Assembly (NCBI GenBank): GCA_964016885.1
Contig: OZ024753.1
Coordinates: forward strand, 42,842,001-42,906,000
Length of the DNA stretch: 64,000 bases
Reading direction: 5' to 3'
From: Eledone cirrhosa
Taxonomy: Eukaryota
The notes under the pieces: generated by a model
Told to the model about the DNA's origin: nothing
Seen by the model: only the letters and a program-made list of their open reading frames with translations
Database searches by the model: none
Translations under genes and position numbers: made by a program
In this document: positions 39,466-53,218 of the stretch, piece by piece
Layout of the letters: every line of letters begins with the position of its first letter
Numbering within the stretch: position 1 is the first letter of the stretch

Positions 39466-39552
39466 GTTATTCCGGGTTGAATCGGAGGTAACCACAGTAA
39501 GTAAGGTACTCACCTCCTACATATATATATACATCTTTTATTTTTAATTCTA

Positions 39553-39588
39553 TCTTTTGATGAAGGACTAGTGTCCGAAACGTTAAGA
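39553..39588 (+). ncRNA. Very short hammerhead-like motif with variant core
   Basis: UCUU-UUGAUGA-A-GGAC uagu GUCC-GAAA-CG-UU-AAGA; core C3 replaced by U; related degenerate copy at 25751-25784 (CAAUGAA GGAC ccgu GUCC GAAACGUU). Confidence 0.55.
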
Positions 39589-39824
39589 CGCTTTTCTATT
39601 ATTTTAAGTGTAAAACTAATATATTTCTTCATTGTACTGTGTCGTTTGCTTTGTTATTTCTGTTTACTTTATACACACACACATCTACATATATATATAT
39701 ATATTATACATATTTACACACACAGACACACACACATATATATATATCAGGGAAGACAGACACTAGCTGCTGATGTTATGTATATTTGCCATTCTCTATA
39801 AGACTATTTACCGTTCTGTTGCAG

Positions 39825-39931
39825 TACCCGGCCCGGTAGGAATGTTCAGAAATATAAGTAGAACATTCAATTCCATTACGCTTCAGTGGAGGGAACCCCA
39901 GCACCCGAATGGAAATATTTTATTCTTCCTG
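39825..39931 (+). CDS. Receptor exon H: start of FN3-4 (PGPVGMFRNISRTFNSITLQWREPQHPNGNILFFL)
   Basis: gttgcag| acceptor, |gtatgt donor; phase 1-0; WxxPxxPNGxI motif. Confidence 0.92.
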
Positions 39932-40001
39932 GTATGTATATTTTTGAAAATTATATCTAAATATTTAACACTAATATTTTTTACTCGGAAGATTTTTTTG
40001 A

Positions 40002-40980
40002 GACATGAGCAGCAACTGCAGAGGATATGCGACGGCTGGAGAGAAATGAAGAAAGCATGCTCCATTGGATGTGCAATGTCAATGTACATGAACGACCGAG
40101 CATGGATGTGTTGAAAGAGAAACTGTGTATAAGAGGGATAAGCTGTAGTGTGCTGGAGAGAAGACTGAGATGGTATGGACATGTGATGTGTTGAGAGAGA
40201 AACTGTGTATAAGAGGGATAAGCTGTAGTGTGCTGGAGAGAAGACTGAGATGGTATGGACATGTGATGTGTTGAGAGAGAAACTGTGTATAAGAGGGATA
40301 AGCTGTAGTGTGCTGGAGAGAAGACTGAGATGGTATGGACATGTGATGTGTTGAGAGAGAAACTGTGTATAAGAGGGATAAGCTGTAGTGTGCTGGAGAG
40401 AAGACTGAGATGGTATGGACATGTGATGTGTTGAGAGAGAAACTGTGTATAAGAGGGATAAGCTGTAGTGTGCTGGAGAGAAGACTGAGATGGTATGGAC
40501 ATGTGATGTGTTGAGAGAGAAACTGTGTATAAGAGGGATAAGCTGTAGTGTGCTGGAGAGAAGATTGTGATGGTATGGACATGTGATGAGTTGAGAGAGA
40601 AACTGTGTATAAGAGGGGTAAGCTGTAGTGTGCTGGAGAGAAGATTGTGATGGTATGGACATGTGATGTGTTGAGAGAGAAACTGTGTATAAGAGGGGTA
40701 AGCTGTAGTGTGCTGGAGGAGAGAAGACTGAGATGGTATGGACATGTGATGTGCATGGAGGATGACCGTTGGGGGTAAAGAAATGCCAAAAAATCCCAGT
40801 AGAAGGACGACACAGTAGAGGAAGACCACGACAAACGTGGGCGGAGGTGGTGAGAGCAGACCTCAGATCGCTGAAACTCACGGTGGAGATGATGAAGGAC
40901 CGTGACGAATGGAGAGATGCTGTGCTGAATACGACCCGTCCCACCCTTGTAAGCAGGAAAAAGCGGACGTAAAATGATGA
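40002..40980 (+). mobile_element. 3' end of RTE LINE family B with an internal 80-bp tandem array (about 40107-40750, about 8 copies)
   Basis: LREKLCIRGISCSVLERRLRWYGHVM unit repeated; ends DRDEWRDAVLNTTRPTLVSRKKRT* then ATGATGA; antisense copies at 48151-48405, 54453-54687 and 42766-42858. Confidence 0.9.
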
Positions 40981-41047
40981 GGATGAGGACTGTTCAGTCT
41001 GGCCTAGCATGTAACATTCACTTTAACCCTTTAGCATTTAAACCTCA

Positions 41048-41444
41048 TGGAGGCACATGGCTTAGTGGTTAGAGCATTGGCCTTGCAATCGAAAGGTTGT
41101 GAGTTCAATTCTCAGACCGGGTGATGTGTTGTGTCCTTGAGCAAGACACTTTATTTTACATTGCTCCAGTTTACTCAGCTGTAGAAATGAGATGATAGGA
41201 CTGGGGTCCCTATCATTCCACTGTAAAGTGGATGTGGAGGTGCCAAGGCAAAAAAGCACCCAGCCCACACTATAAAGTGGACGTGTAGGCGCCACGGAAA
41301 AAAAGCACCCAGCACTCACTGTAAAGGAGGTTGGTGTTAGGAAGGGCATCCAGCTGTAGAAATCAAGCCAGAATCAGTTCCCGTCCCACCCTTGCAAGCA
41401 GGGAAAAGCGGACGTAAAATGATGATGATGATGATGATGATGAT
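41048..41444 (+). mobile_element. Full SINE family 1 copy nested inside a TTAA MITE (41023-41642)
   Basis: The MITE sequence ctttagcatttaaacc|...|atccggccagaattctc is interrupted by the SINE. Confidence 0.85.
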
Positions 41445-43091
41445 ATCCGGCCAGAATTCTCTCACCTCTTTCTGTTCAAACCAGCTGTAACTGGCTGCTC
41501 ATACCTATGTTAAGGTATTGTTCACAAACTAAGTCACATCGAAATCTTGTAGATTTGATATTACATAGATAATTATGTAAGATAAAGCCTTTACTGTGAA
41601 AATACAGTAGTCAGTATAGAATAATGTAAATGGTAAAGGGTTGAGGCCAGTGCCATGATAAAATGTACCTAGTACACCCTATTAAGTGGTAGTGTTGGTG
41701 CCATCATAAAATGTACCAAGTACACTCTGCAAATTGGTAGTGCTGGTATCTTGATAAAATGTACCAAGTACACTCTGTAAAGTGGTAGTGCTGGTATCTT
41801 GATAAAATGCACTCGATACACTCTGTAAAGTGGTAATGTTGGTGCCATGAAAAAATGCACCCAGTACACTCTCTAAAGTGGTTGGCAATAGGGAGATCAT
41901 CCAGCTGCAGAATCCATGTTGAATATGGAATTTAACAAACAAGAACATTCTTGTTTGTTGTGTCTTGATGTGTCACTCCTATCCATCTGATGTCAGACAG
42001 TTACAACCTGTCCAACCCATGCCAATAATGTGTCACTTCTATCCATCTGATGTCGAACTGTTACAACCCATCCAACCCATGCCAGTGTAGAAAGCGGATG
42101 TGAAATGATGAAGTTTGCATCAACCAAGAACTATATCTCAAGAGGCTTTACATTTGTAATGAATTTTAAAACTATTGTCTGTGTAGCAATGAAAAACAAA
42201 ACAAACAATTATTCTAAATTTATTTTCAATATCAATTTGAAACTCCATAGACAATAACGCAATCAAATTTGCTGGGAAAATAACATAATTTTGAAACTTT
42301 GCTATCCTTAATTAAAACAAAAGCCAATTGCATCCCAAATAATTTTTATCGGAAATATTTTTGTTATTTGAAAGTTTTGTAATATTTTCGAAACCAAACT
42401 TGGCATTTCTTTCCTCGTGTTGTTTATGTTGCTTTTTGCTTCTGTTTTCTTTTTATTCCTTTCTTGCTTCACAAACAAACCTCACTAAAGAAAATGGTTG
42501 ATATTATATATATAATTTACAGTAACACTGTATATATATAATAACACTCCTCTATCGTATGAAACTACATTAGTAAGGCATTCTTGGAAAGTACAACACA
42601 GCACTAAAACTGCTTCAGATTGAGAATTAGAATTTTTACTTTAATACTGAAAATTTTCTACAATGATGTGTTCAGCAGTAAAGATACTACAAACATTTGA
42701 ATTAATAAAGATGTTTTTTTTAAACATTTTTTGCTAAACCCATGATAGGATGTTAAGAGTCAATATCATCATCATCATTTTACGTCCACTTTACCCTGCT
42801 TGCAAGGGTGGGACAGGTCCTATTCAGCACATCATCTCTCCACTTGTCATGGTCCTTCACACACACACACACACACCCTCATATATATATATATACATGG
42901 CTTTTCTAGCGCGTCTCCCTTGCTGTCCTCCGGGGAAACGCCTTCTCCATTCTGTCCGCCGGGCTGTGGGTGGGCCCCATTGCGTACCATTGTAGTTGTT
43001 GTATACAGATATTAACTCATCAATCCCATTGTCCTAATCCCAAAGCATATATAATGTGGTTCTATAAACAGTGTATTCTCCTGTTTTCTAG

Positions 43092-43287
43092 CTATCCTGT
43101 CATTCTGCTGATAGTATGATGAAGAATAACCAATATTCAGGAGGTGTTTTTAAGATACCGTCAAAAGTATTTACTCAAACGGTAGAAAATTTGCAGCCCG
43201 CAACTGAGTACGACTGTAGTATTAATGCCAGTACGAGTAAAGGAAGTGGACAACGGCGACAGTTGATTGTATGGACTAAAGGAAAAG
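43092..43287 (+). CDS. Receptor exon I: rest of FN3-4 (LSCHSADSMMKNNQYSGG...VENLQPATEYDCSINASTSKGSGQRRQLIVWTKGK)
   Basis: tttctag| acceptor, weaker |gtgcat donor; phase 0-1; LQPATEY...ASTSKGSG motif. Confidence 0.88.
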
Positions 43288-45384
43288 GTGCATTGATATT
43301 TCTTATGTTTTCATTTTCAATTATTGTTATTGAATTATTATTGATTATTTTCACTTACAGCAGGGTTGTAAATATCATGACCATTGTGTTACCGTTTCAC
43401 CAACACATCACCCATCTCTTTCCATTCAAATTAGAAGCTACATTCTAAGCTAGTATAATGACAAGTATCTATGCTTTGAAACAGTGAGCGAATTGACTGT
43501 ATGTCAATACTCACCTTTTTCCATTTCTTTGAGGGTTCTAAACCCCACTATCAGGATAAAATTTCTTTAGTCAAAAATACGTCAAAAAGCTTCTATTTCT
43601 ATTTTCAAACTTGCTCGCTGTTTCAAAACATATTTATTTATCATGAATATATTTCAATTGGTATTTAAGAATTTCATGATTGCTTTTTTTAGGCTGATTA
43701 CTTTCCTGTAATAGGCCAGCCTTGTGGAAAAGAGTGAGTGTTACTTCTTTCTTGGTGACTGGAGACCAGATTTTGAAATCAGAACATTCAGAGCTGGAAT
43801 ACATACCACAAAACATCTAACTTAGTTTTTTCAACAATTTCGCCATCTCCCACACTTGGATTGGTATTCTATTCGTTGACACCAAAGTGAAGAAAAGTAA
43901 AGTTAACCTCAGCAGGATTCGAACTCATATAGCAGAGAGTGAGAACAATACCCTACTTGTTATATGTATATATGGACCCGTAACTCCTAAGGGAGTCGTA
44001 GGGGCGCCATATGGACATTCAGTGTTTCTAGGGCATCTTAAAACCTGGCACAGCCAATCTCCTCTCTAGGTCTGAATACAGAAGATTTATTCCAGAGAAG
44101 GAAGGAAAGTGAGAAAGAGATATAGAGGAAGAATCAACCCCAGCACAAGTCTGGTACTTCTTCATTGATCATAAATGGATGAAAGGCAAAATTGACCTTG
44201 GCAGGATTTGAACTCGGAGAGTAGAAAGTTGGAATGAATACCACAAATCATTCTATCCACCATTCTAATGACACTGCCAATTCACTGCCTTCACATGTAA
44301 TACACTAAATCCTTATTTCCACCATATTGCCTGCTTGTGTCTTAAAGGTTGAGATAGATTTAATGAATCTTATTGAAATTAGCCCCTAGCTAAATCTCTA
44401 GTTGTTCTGTCAATGTTTTCAAACTGCTGCATGATGTCTGTAGGCTTATAACATGTAGGGACATTGCTACTAATAAGACCAATTAAGCAGCTGCATAGGA
44501 CACACGCCTTGGAGATACAAATTATTAAACCTAATGAGACCACAGTTTTATACAAGTTTTGTAACTAAAGGCATGAGGGTGCAAGTTCGATTCCCAGACT
44601 GGGCAATATATGATATCCTTGAGCAAGACACTTTATTTCAGATTGCTCCTTCTGCCAGGAGTTGCGACCAGTAGATAGCGTCAGCAATGGAAAGATGGAT
44701 GTTAAACGGGGATGTTATTAGGTCTGAACATAATTGTTTCTACTTTTGGCACAAGGCCAGCAATTATCTCAGTACATTACTGGTACTTTATTTTATCGAC
44801 CCCGTAAGGATGAAAGGCAAAGTTAACCTCGGCAGGATTTGAACTCAGACCACAAAGGGCCGTAACTCTATGCTGCAAAGCATGATGTCCGACTCTCTAC
44901 CGATAATGCCAATCCACCGCCCTTAATCTTAATAATTATTTCTGATTTAGGCATAAGATCAACAGTTTTGAGAGAAGACAATGTCAATCAAATTGACCCC
45001 AGTGTGTTACTGGTACTTTATTTTATCGACCGACTCAAATGAGGTCTGAGATCTTGTTGAGCATTTGTATAAATAAATTAAATATAACCTCCTGTGATCA
45101 ATATATATATATATACATCATTAAACATCTTTACCACATAGAAGTACCCTAAAGAGTAGAGAGGGGCATTTCGTCTTATGAGCTGGTACATGATTTAGCA
45201 TGAGTGAGTGTGGACTGTGTAGGGGAAAATGCAGGCTCAATAATTTGCTCAAGTGGAATGTAAGACCTGGACCCTAATATATATATATATATATTTACCA
45301 CACCACATATACAATACTCACTTATATTTGTTGTAGTTTATTTCTACCTGTAATTAATTCTTTATTAAATGTTGGTTTCTGCAG

Positions 45385-45475
45385 CCCCACTCACACCACA
45401 TAACCCCAAGATAATAAATCACTCCGACAATTCAGTGACCGTTGAATTGAAACCTCGATATGATAAAGACATAAG
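45385..45475 (+). CDS. Receptor exon J: start of membrane-proximal FN3-5 (PLTPHNPKIINHSDNSVTVELKPRYDKDI)
   Basis: ttctgcag| acceptor, |gtaaag donor; phase 1-2; absent from the ORF track. Confidence 0.88.
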
Positions 45476-45629
45476 GTAAAGTCTTAGTTTCACTTATATA
45501 CTCACATTTGTATACATTTAAATCTATTATATATTTTCTAAGAATACATCAGAAGGTAAAAAAAATATGTTGAAATGTAAAACAAGAAATCCAGAAGTTG
45601 ATTACGTCATTGAAGAGTAATTTTAGTTT

Positions 45630-45982
45630 AACAAAACCAACTGCAGTGGACCTGTGACGGTGACTGACCAGGTCAGAGACAGTGTGGTGAACAAAAACAA
45701 CTGCAGTGGACCTGTGACGGTGACTGACCAGGTCAGAGACAGTGTAGTGAACAAAAACAACTGCAGTGGACCTGTGACGGTGACTGACCAGGTCAGAGGC
45801 AGTGTGGTGAACAAAACCAACTGCAGTGGACCTGTGACGGTGACTGACCAGGTCAGAGGCAGTGTGGTGAACAAAACCAACTGCAGTGGACCTGTGGCTG
45901 TGACCAGGTCAGAGGCAGTGTGGTGAACAAAACTAACTGCAGTGGACCTGTGGCTGTGACCAGGTCAGAGGCAGTGTGGTGA
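45630..45982. repeat. 60-bp minisatellite, about 6 copies
   Basis: Unit aacaaaaccaactgcagtggacctgtgacggtgactgaccaggtcagaggcagtgtggtg. Confidence 0.95.
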
Positions 45983-46502
45983 AACATTTCAGTTAAAGAA
46001 ATGATTGATAAAAATAAAGTAAAGTTAATAGTTTTTGTGTGTTTTGGAATGGTTAAAATGACTTTTCCACAGCGTAATTGGTTTAGTTTCAACACACAGT
46101 ATTGGATCAAGTCATCTGCCAGACATGTTCAACTATAACTAAATGACTCTTCCATGCTGTAATTATTTTAGTTTCAAGACAAGACCCTCAGATCATGTCA
46201 TTTGTCTGATGTGTACAAATTTGAAATCTGGAAATATGAATGAGACAACTATCTTGGTTTTATACACTCTTCATATTTATGTGAACATTTAATTGAGAAA
46301 TATGATGCAATTTTCATACACATAAAAAAGAAAAAGAAAATATGAAAATTAAAAGAAAAATTTATTAGAATATAAATTTTAATTTGGTTTTGATCCTAAT
46401 TTTAATTTTAAATCAGTTTTCTTTCAAAACTAAATTTCCAGTTGCTCATTTCATAATTTAATTAGTAAGATATTGTGTATTTTGTTTTTATTTCTTTTAC
46501 AG

Positions 46503-46773
46503 TTTCTATCGTTTGATAGTGGAGAGAATTACTAACGACCTTGGCAGAAGGAAACGTTCCCTTTCGGCGGAAATTGCCGATACAACTGCGGATTATTACT
46601 CTGCTCTCAATTCTAACGACAACTGTTATGTCACAGCCCAATTTCCACCCACAAATGTCCGTAGCCCATTCATGATCGGGGATAATTTGACCTACAGTAA
46701 TTATTTCAACGGTCCTTTACAACCGGACTATGCCTATAATATATGGTTTGGAGCATTCTCAACAGTGGATGGG
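46503..46773 (+). CDS. Receptor exon K: membrane-proximal domain with furin site (FYRLIVERITNDLGRRKRSL...YVTAQFPP...PFMIGDNLTYSNYFNGPLQPDYAYNIWFGAFSTVDG)
   Basis: ttttacag| acceptor, |gtaagc donor; phase 2-0; FxIGDNxTYxxYxNxPLxPxxxYxI motif typical of receptor PTP ectodomains. Confidence 0.92.
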
Positions 46774-47262
46774 GTAAGCATCTTTTAAATGTTCTTTAGA
46801 GTGGAAAACACTTTACATGTTTCTACTTTTGGCACAAGGCCAGCAATTATTCCAGTGTATTACTGGTACTTTATTTTATCAACCCCGTAAGGATGAAAGG
46901 CAAAGTTAACCTCGGCAGGATTTGAACTCAGACCACAAAGGGCCGTAACTCTATGCTGCAAAGCATGGTGTCCGACTCTCTACCGATACTGCCAATCCAC
47001 CGCCCTTAATCTTAATAATTGTTTCTGATTTAGGCATAAGATCAACAGTTTTGAGAGAAGACAATGTCAATCAAATTGACCCCAGTGTGTTACTGGGACT
47101 TTATTTTATCGACCCTGTAAGGATGAAAGGCAAAGCTAACTTTGGTGGGATTTGAACTCAGAATGTAAAATGATATAACTAAATGCAGCAAACAATTTTA
47201 TATGTGACTCTAACTAGACTCTAACTATTCTGGCAACTCACAGATCCAGTTAATACTAGCAG

Positions 47263-47773
47263 TTTCTGGTTTAGACCCAAGGCCACGAGTCCTCCACACA
47301 GCTTCTGGTTTAGACCCAAAGCCACGAGTCCTCCACACAGCTTCTGGTTTAGACCCAAAGCCACGAGTCCTCCACACAGCTTCTGATTTAGACCCAAGGC
47401 CACGAGTCCTCCACACAGCTTCTGGTTTAGACCCAAAGCCACGAGTCCTCCACACATCTTCTGGTTTAGACCCAAGGCCACGAGTCCTCCACACATCTTC
47501 TGGTTTAGACCCAAGGCCACGAGTCCTCCACACATCTTCTGGTTTAGACCCAAAGCCACGAGTCCTCCACACAGCTTCTGGTTTAGACCCAAAGCCACGA
47601 GTCCTCCACACAGCTTCTGATTTAGACCCAAGGCCACGAGTCCTCCACACAGCTTCTGGTTTAGACCCAAGGCCACGAGTCCTCCACACAGCTTCTGGTT
47701 TAGACCCAAGGCCACGAGTCCTCCACACAGCTTCTGGTTTAGAGCCAAAGCCACGAGTCCTCCACACAGCTTC
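47263..47773. repeat. 39-bp minisatellite, about 13 copies
   Basis: Unit ttctggtttagacccaaggccacgagtcctccacacagc. Confidence 0.95.
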
Positions 47774-48773
47774 CTTCACCATAGTTACAAGGCAAAATAA
47801 GAGATACTGTGGCTCCCTTCTAAATGAATGTAGTGGTTCAATCTTCACTGATAACTTGATCTGTCCTACACATGTTAGCAGATATTCAAAACAAACCCAG
47901 GGGTCTGCAATACATGGGCACTGTGTGATAGTGTGGAGGATGCTTTCATTGTTCTGCATGCTTCTCGGACAGGTTCAGCTGTTGATGCTTCTGTGCATGT
48001 AGTGATTCACTCAAACTGGTGGTGCTCCTCGGTAGCACTGCCATGCCAAAGGAATTTTGGAAATTGTCCATAATCCCTGAACTGAAAGTCCACCAGAAGA
48101 GTCTGTTCAAACTGTCCTTGTCTTGCTCATGACTAGAACCATCTCCTGGCCATCATCATCATCATTTTACGTCCGCTTTTCCCTGCTTGCAAGGGTGGGA
48201 CGGGTCCTATTCAGCACAGCATCTCTCCACTTGTAACGGTCCTTCGTCATCTTCTCCGTGAGCTTCAGCGATCTGAGGTCTGCTCTCACCACCTCCGCCC
48301 ATGTACTTTGTGGTCTTCCTCTACTGCGTCTTCCTTCTATGGGATTTCTTGGCACTTCTTTACCCAGCAGTCATCCTCCATGCACATCACATGTCCATAC
48401 CATCTCTCTCTCTCTAATGTCACCCACTAACCTTCTATAGAATACAAGTGCTATTTTCTGGCGTCTTATCACATCCTTCAGCTGCTAAAGTACTATTCAC
48501 GTCTTAGAATCCATATTGGAGTTTACACAACTACACACAGTCAACAATATTATATCTCTGCTAGAAACAACACACCTTCAGCAAGACATAATCAATTCAG
48601 TAGCCCCCCCCCCCCACACACACGCACACACCCTCCTCTGTATCTGGCCAGAATTCTTTCACCTCTTTTTGTTCAAACCGGCCCCAACTGGCTATTCATA
48701 CTGAGGTTAAGTTATTGTTCTCAAAATAAAAAAAATATCAAAATCTCATAGATTCGATATTGTGTGAAGATAA

Positions 48774-49070
48774 TTATGTGAGGTAAAACCTTTACTGTGA
48801 AAATATAATAGTAAATATAGTGTAATGTAAATGTTATGTGAGGTAAAGCCTTTACTGTGAAAATATAATAGTAAATATAGTGTAATGTAAATTATGTGAG
48901 GTAAAGCCTTTACTGTGAAAATATAATAGTAAATTTAGTGTAATGTAAATTATGTGAGGTAAAGCCTTTACTGTGAAAATATAATAGTAAATATAGTGTA
49001 ATGTAAATGTTATGTGAAGTAAAGCCTTTACTGTGAAAATATAATAGTAAATTTAGTGTAATGTAAATGT
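48774..49070. repeat. About 59-bp tandem array inside a TTAA MITE
   Basis: Unit ttatgtgaggtaaagcctttactgtgaaaatataatagtaaatatagtgtaatgtaaatg. Confidence 0.9.
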
Positions 49071-50044
49071 TAAAGGGCAATATGACCTCTGAAAAACAAA
49101 ACAAAAAGAAACACTTTTCCATACCAAATTTAAAATTATTTTTCCAATTAACTATTTTATAATTCGTAAAACAAATACTCTTTATTAAAATGTTCCTGGT
49201 CACATGAAGTTCCTGCCATCTCTGAATAATTCCACTTTATTAACATACTAATGGACATTTCTAAAAATCACCCATTTTCTTCAAATATTTCCTTCCTTTA
49301 CTTTGTGTCGTTTGATTCAAATAATTTTGGTTTTGGTTTGTTGTTGGTTTTTTTAAAAAATATTTTCTTTCTTTCTTTGTAGTTTCTTTTGTTTTAAATT
49401 TCATTTTTTTTTTTTTTTGTTTTCGTATTTATATTTTCAGTAAAACATTTTTGTTTTCAATTTTTACTTTTGATTGCACTTAAATTTAATTTTAACTTTT
49501 ATATGTATGTATATATACAGTTATAACTTTATATTTATATATATGCATGTATGTATATATATATGTGTGTGTTTGTATATATATATATATGTATATCTGT
49601 ATGTCTGTGTGTACATACAGATATCATTTATATTTATATATATGCATGTATGTATATATATATGTGTGTGTTTGTATATATATGTATATATATATATCTG
49701 TATCTCTGTGTGTACATACATATATCATTTATATTTATATATATGCATGTATGTATATATATATATATATGTGTGTGTGTTTGTATATATATATATCTGT
49801 ATCTCTGTGTGTATATACAGATATCATTTATATTTATATATATGCATGTATGTATATATATATATATATGTGTGTGTGTTTGTGTATATATATATATAAA
49901 TATATAATATGAATTAGTAGATGATGTAGTTTGCTATATTTGAAATTCTTGTTCTTGTTGCCAAATCAAATGAACTTTCTTTTTTCACATTTCATTACCT
50001 GCCCAACAATAATGTTTTCCTTTGATGAAGGGGAGGTAGAAGCA

Positions 50045-50105
<61 letters not shown>

Positions 50106-50109
<4 letters not shown>

Positions 50110-51540
50110 ATCAGTTTGTGCTTATGTGCAAGCGTCTGTGTGTTTGTGTGTGTATGTATATATGCATCAGTTTGTGCTTATGTGCAAGCGTCTGTGTGTG
50201 TTTATGTATATATGCATCAGTTTGTGCTTATGTGCAAGCGTCTGTGTGTGTTTATGTATATATGCATCAGTTTGTGCTTATGTGCAAGCGTCTGTGTGTG
50301 TTTATGTATATATGCATCAGTTTGTGCTTATGTGCAAGCGTCTGTGTGTGTTTATGTATATATGCATCAGTTTGTGCTTATGTGCAAGCGTCTGTGTGTG
50401 TTTATGTATATATGCATCAGTTTGTGCTTATGTGCAAGCGTCTGTGTGTGTTTATGTATATATGCATCAGTTTGTGCTTATGTGCAAGCGTCTGTGTGTG
50501 TTTATGTATATATGCATCAGTTTGTGCTTATGTGCAAGCGTCTGTGTGTGTTTATGTATATATGCATCAGTTTGTGCTTATGTGCAAGCATCTGTGTGTG
50601 TGTGTTTGCGTGTGTATGTATATGCATCAGTTTGTGCTTATGTGCAAGCATTTGTGTGTGTGTGTTTGCGTGTGTATGTATATATGGATCAGTTTGTGCT
50701 TATGTGCAAGCGTCTGTGCATGTGTCTGTGTGTATATGTATATATGCATCAGTTTGTGCTTATGTGCAAGCGTCTGTGCATGTGTCTGTGTGTATATGTA
50801 TATATGCATCAGTTTGTGCTTATGTGCAAATGTCTGTGCGTGTGTGTTTGCGTGTGTATGTATATATGGATCAGTTTGTGCTTATGTGCAAGCGTCTGTG
50901 TGTTTGTGTGTGTATATGTATATATGCATCAGTTTGTGCTTATGTGCAAGCATCTGTGTGTGTGTGTTTGCGTGTGTATGTATATATGCATCAGTTTGTG
51001 CTTATGTGCAAGCGTCTGTGCGTGTGTGTTTGTGTGTGTATGTATATATGGATCAGTTTGTGCTTATGTGCAAGCGTCTGTGCGTGTGTGTTTGCGTGTG
51101 TATGTATATATGGATCAGTTTGTGCTTATGTGCAAGCGTCTGTGCGTGTGTGTATGTATATATGGATCAGTTTGTGCATATGTGCAAGCGTCTGTGTGTT
51201 TGTGTGTGTATATGTATATATGCATCAGTTTGTGCTTATGTGCAAGCATCTGTGTGTGTGTGTTTGCGTGTGTATGTATATATGCATCAGTTTGTGCTTA
51301 TGTGCAAGCGTCTGTGCGTGTGTGTTTGTGTGTGTATGTATATATGGATCAGTTTGTGCTTATGTGCAAGCGTCTGTGCGTGTGTGTTTGCGTGTGTATG
51401 TATATATGGATCAGTTTGTGCTTATGTGCAAGCGTCTGTGCGTGTGTGTATGTATATATGGATCAGTTTGTGCTTATGTGCAAGCGTCTGTGCGTGTGTG
51501 TTTGCGTGTGTATGTATATGCATCAGTTTGTGCTCATGTG
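50106..51540. repeat. 52-64-bp minisatellite (gcatcagtttgtgcttatgtgcaagcgtctgtg...), about 25 copies
   Basis: Seen directly; source of the 500-600 aa pseudo-ORFs. Confidence 0.95.
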
Positions 51541-51921
51541 TGTGTGTAAGAGAGAGATGAGTATGGTATTGAATCAACCAGAGATTATGGTTAGATTCTT
51601 GTCTAGAATGGAATGGAAGAAAATACGAAGACGACCTCTCTCTATTTTTATTCACAAAGAAATAGGAGTAAATAATTGTTTCTACTATTTGGCACAAGGC
51701 CAGCAATTACCCCAGTGTATTACTGGTACTTTATTTTATCGACCCCGTAAGGATGAAAGGCAACGTTAACCTCGGCGGGATTTGAACTCAGACTGTAAAG
51801 AGGCGTAACTCTATGCTGGAAGGCATGGCGTCCGACCCTCTACCGATTCTGCCAATCCACCGATGGTTTGTCACTTCTGCCATTTCTCTCAACTTATTTC
51901 CATTGGAAAAATTAGCACTCT

Positions 51922-51952
<31 letters not shown>

Positions 51953-53218
51953 CATTTTATAACTAGACGTAAGCTACCAAGGCTGGAGGTGTAATGTACT
52001 GTTAAAGATGACCCACCACCAACCATAAATAAGATCTTCCAATATATGGAACCTACAAAAGAGTTTAACAAGAGAAACACTTATCTGTCCATCACCTTCT
52101 GTTTCTTCTTTTTATTTCCATTTTCTTCTCTCTCTTTCGTTCCCACTCTCCTTCTCCAGCCTTTGTTTCTTATACATAAGATACCTATCTCAGTCTGTCA
52201 CGGCTGACCAGCTTTACACGGACGATTAAATTGATTAACTAAGTCATCATTTAGCTGCAATACTTGACGGCTTTAATTCACTTGTGGAATCTTTCTCGGT
52301 TCAGTGGCCTGGATTATTCCTCGTGGATAATGTTCAATGACACAGCATCTACTTTTATCTTGTTGTTAAAGAAAGGATGAAACAACCCCAGCATTGAAAT
52401 CTAAATTTAGTTGAACCTAGTATTAAGCATGCAAAACACACAGAGCATTGTTATATGAAGATAGTAAACAGGAAGACGATACTTTGGTTTGTGAAGATGT
52501 TCCCTGACAATGAATGGAAAACAAACGAAGATAATACGTCGTTATGTAGAGCGATGAGAACAAATACACACAAAGACAAAACCACGTTTATGGTATAAAT
52601 GGAGTCATTAGACTAATATTCTATTTAGGAATTTAATAATAACGATTCGCTTTATAATAATATGGACTTTGCCTATTAATCCGTAGCTCAGTGATTAGGG
52701 TAATGGCACAGGTGTAACTAGGGAAAATAGGACCCAAGACTAGAAACGAAATTATGCTCCTGCCAAACATCTGACACCCATCTTTCAGATAACCATAAAA
52801 ATCTGTGCAACAATACCAATCACGTTCGTTAATTTTTTAAATTGAAAACAATACATGAATGAATTGTATCTGGCTTGCTTTTACTGATAGCTTATCTGAC
52901 TTTAATAGAAAGTGCTCTAAGGCATGTACTATGTTGTTATAGCCTAGTTACACCTGGGGGTGCTGGTCTCACGGTATACAATCATGGTTTTGATGCCAGG
53001 AAATCGGTGGCACATTTTGTTGATTTTACTTTTATTTTCATGATACGATAGAGGCCCTACAGTGAGAGCTGTAAGAACATTAAAATGCCGTAAAAATCTT
53101 CCTATGAGGTACAACTTTGTAGGAAGTCTGCTAAATCTGTACGAGCATGAGCTGTAGAATTCATTCATTCTTTTTAATACTATTGTTATAAATAATTTAA
53201 AAGAACTTTCTATTTCAG

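Noticed and set aside
47263-47773. CRISPR-like regular arrays (also 36765, 40107 and 45630)
   Set aside because: Head-to-tail units with no unique spacers, no cas genes, eukaryotic intron context
49931-51769. 500-612-aa Cys/Val-rich ORFs in three frames
   Set aside because: Minisatellite plus (TG)n; open in all frames because of low complexity
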